The notes beneath the pieces are model-generated. The model was not told the origin of the DNA. It was given only the letters and a program-made list of their open reading frames with translations, and did no database searches. Below are positions 62,852 through 64,000 of a stretch of 64,000 nucleotides of DNA, one piece after another. The DNA is from Candidatus Omnitrophota bacterium (GTDB taxonomy: Bacteria; Omnitrophota; Gorgyraeia; JABMRN01; RBG-13-46-9), in assembly GCA_016782425.1 (NCBI GenBank), contig JADHYN010000005.1:6502-70501 (forward strand), written 5' to 3'. The translations under genes and the position numbers were made by a program. Each line of letters begins with the position of its first letter. Within the stretch, counting starts at the first letter, position 1.

Positions 62852-62897
62852 ACCCCGTTAGACACTACGAGATACCCCGCGCTGTGTCTAACGGGGT
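62852..62897 (+). other. Perfect 14-bp inverted repeat with an 18-nt loop
   Basis: ACCCCGTTAGACAC (62852-62865) and GTGTCTAACGGGGT (62884-62897), followed by TTTACCTT. Possibly a terminator for the brnTA-like pair. Confidence 0.5.
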
Positions 62898-62970
62898 TTA
62901 CCTTGAAGCGGTTTTGTTTCGCCTACGCCACAGAAGAAGTTCATAGTAGGTCGGCTTCGGCGGATGTCGC

Positions 62971-63008
62971 CAAAACTTCTTTTCTAGAGCTCCATTTAGG
63001 GGTATAAT
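62971..63008 (+). promoter_or_regulatory. Conserved 38-bp promoter block (copy 2), 5 nt before the ATG
   Basis: CAAAACTTCTTTTCTAGAGCTCCATTTAGGGGTATAAT. 35 of 38 positions are identical to 35515-35552. Confidence 0.6.
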
Positions 63009-63013
63009 TAAGC

Positions 63014-63178
63014 ATGATGAAAATAGTTATAGGCATGCTAATAGGCGGAGCGATTGGCTTTGCGATAGGGTATTTTGGCAGGTGCGCCTCCGGTGCATGT
63101 CCTCTTACAAGTAATCCGGTAACAAGCACCATAATTTTCGCTCTTATTGGCGGTCTTATAGCCGTCATGAATAGATAA
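63014..63178 (+). CDS. DUF6132-like small membrane protein (54 aa), below the track cutoff
   Basis: My own translation is MMKIVIGMLIGGAIGFAIGYFGRCASGACPLTSNPVTSTIIFALIGGLIAVMNR. The G-rich TM / C-x4-CPLTSNP / TM pattern matches my recollection of DUF6132. Confidence 0.5.
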   Translation: MMKIVIGMLIGGAIGFAIGYFGRCASGACPLTSNPVTSTIIFALIGGLIAVMNR

Positions 63179-63203
63179 CAAGGCATTCTAACCTGGTTAT
63201 CTG

Positions 63204-63220
63204 TCTGCCGGCAGGCAGGG
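63204..63220. repeat. REP-like palindrome fragment TCTGCCGGCAGGCAGGG
   Basis: Shares CCGGCAGGCAGGGA with 60311-60326 and 35600-35611. Confidence 0.5.
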
Positions 63221-63268
63221 ATTTGGTAGATTAAAAGTGAGCTTGTAAGAACTGAAGGGAATATCAAA

Positions 63269-63742
63269 ATGATAAAAAGATGCAAGTATTGCTTAAAGCC
63301 GCTTAAGGAAACTAGTGATATATGCACCTTCTGCAAAATAGATAACAAAAAATCAAAGAGAGACCTTGCGAAACATGAAAAATTGGTCGCTTATTTTTGC
63401 TGGGGCATCAGGATAATCGGTTTTCTTGTAACGCTTTACGGAATACTTATGGCGCTTTCTTTTGTGGGGCTTTTGCTTCCGACTATAGGAAAAAATATAA
63501 CCACTACTCCTGTCGTAGTTTTCGCCTGTACTATGTCTCTTTTTGGTATATTTTCTATTTTTCTCGGGGTCGGGTTGAGGCGATACTACAAATGGTCATT
63601 TTGGGGAGGCGCGATCCTATTTTCACTATCCCTGATACTAAGCGTTTTATCCTTGAATATTATCGGCCTCTTATTCAACAGCCTGTTTTTATACTATACT
63701 GTAAACCGCACTTCAAGGAAAATATTACTACACGAACTTTAA
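63269..63742 (+). CDS. Zinc-ribbon plus 4-TM membrane protein
   Basis: N-terminal CKYC...CTFC, then four hydrophobic segments. Confidence 0.5.
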   Translation: MIKRCKYCLKPLKETSDICTFCKIDNKKSKRDLAKHEKLVAYFCWGIRIIGFLVTLYGILMALSFVGLLLPTIGKNITTTPVVVFACTMSLFGIFSIFLGVGLRRYYKWSFWGGAILFSLSLILSVLSLNIIGLLFNSLFLYYTVNRTSRKILLHEL

Positions 63743-63780
63743 AAAAGGCATAAAGCTCCGAAACGCTTTCGCACTGAACG

Positions 63781-63833
63781 CCCGGCACAACCAAAATCGA
63801 CCTCGAGTTGGAGAGGCAGGAAAGAGGGTTGCC
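63781..63833 (+). repeat. Dispersed ~45-50-bp repeat, copy 3 (diverged)
   Basis: CCCGGCACAACCAAAATCGACCTCGAGTTGGAGAGGCAGGAAAGAGGGTTGCC. Confidence 0.7.
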
Positions 63834-63855
63834 CAAAATAAAAGCGTAAGGGCTA

Positions 63856-63884
63856 TTGACTTTTAGTAAGGTATGTTGTATACT
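63856..63884 (+). promoter_or_regulatory. Promoter (TTGACT, 17 nt, TATACT) followed by TTGTATA/TACAA operator-like repeats
   Basis: TTGACT at 63856-63861 and TATACT at 63879-63884. Confidence 0.55.
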
Positions 63885-63929
63885 TATATACAAAGAGTTG
63901 TATAAATAGATACAATAAATTGTATGATT

Positions 63930-64000
63930 ATGAAATACCGAATAGATAAAGACACACTGCTAAATACTTTATCCGTCTGGAATAGTCTTCTTAAGAAAAA
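63930..64000 (+). CDS. 5' end of a gene cut by the window edge (possibly another TA-type nucleotidyltransferase)
   Basis: MKYRIDKDTLLNTLSVWNSLLKK... remains open to the window end. The family guess is weak. Confidence 0.3.
   Translation, partial: MKYRIDKDTLLNTLSVWNSLLKK

Noticed and set aside
58221-64000. A canonical integron cassette array with attC sites.
   Set aside because: No intI is present in the window. None of the inter-cassette repeats has the RYYYAAC...GTTRRRY order, extrahelical bases or variable loop expected of attC. Each cassette carries its own promoter. The layout is reported as a finding, but the integron label is not supported.
1-64000. A search by eye for tRNA/tmRNA T-arm strings (GGTTCGAAT/GGTTCAAAT-like), rRNA, transposase or integrase signatures, and reverse-transcriptase motifs.
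   Set aside because: None was found. This is a visual scan only, so tRNAscan-SE, Infernal and ISEScan should be run to confirm.

Overview
This 64-kb window is chromosomal DNA from an AT-leaning bacterium. I cannot place it taxonomically from sequence alone. The giant ORFs, a prepilin-type fusion and the many tiny secreted or membrane proteins are reminiscent of uncultivated candidate phyla, but that is inference only. I found no rRNA, tRNA, CRISPR array, transposase or integrase.

About 85 protein-coding genes are supported. A housekeeping backbone includes guaA, pyk, gpmA, uppP, greA, typA, a Dus-family gene, eda, yajQ, an arfB-like gene, an ornithine-decarboxylase plus homospermidine-synthase pair, a U32 peptidase and an OprB-type porin. 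It is interspersed with many small lipoproteins and membrane proteins. The right ~8.5 kb (55.4-64 kb) is an accessory island of toxin-antitoxin-type cassettes separated by several families of dispersed repeats.

Promoters are unusually easy to read (CTTGAG/TTGACA, 17 nt, TATAAT), and several sit so close to the ATG that the mRNAs look leaderless.

Most unusual observations:
1. Two giant modular ORFs share sequence modules. One is open at the left window edge. The other is 1805 aa, with two TM helices, a protein-kinase-like domain and a radical-SAM core.
2. A ParA-type ATPase is fused to a CBM48 glycogen-binding domain.
3. A SAM-methyltransferase is fused in frame to a type IV prepilin N-terminus.
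4. UppP is fused to a HEXXH domain.
5. Two diverged, inverted copies of a ~0.4-kb GC-rich hairpin-dense element bracket a three-gene segment.
6. A candidate type I toxin locus consists of a 29-aa hydrophobic peptide wrapped in direct and inverted heptamer-based repeats.
7. A lipoprotein signal peptide is separated from its probable mature domain by a frameshift at an A5 run.

All function calls rest on motif recognition by eye. No database search was run.
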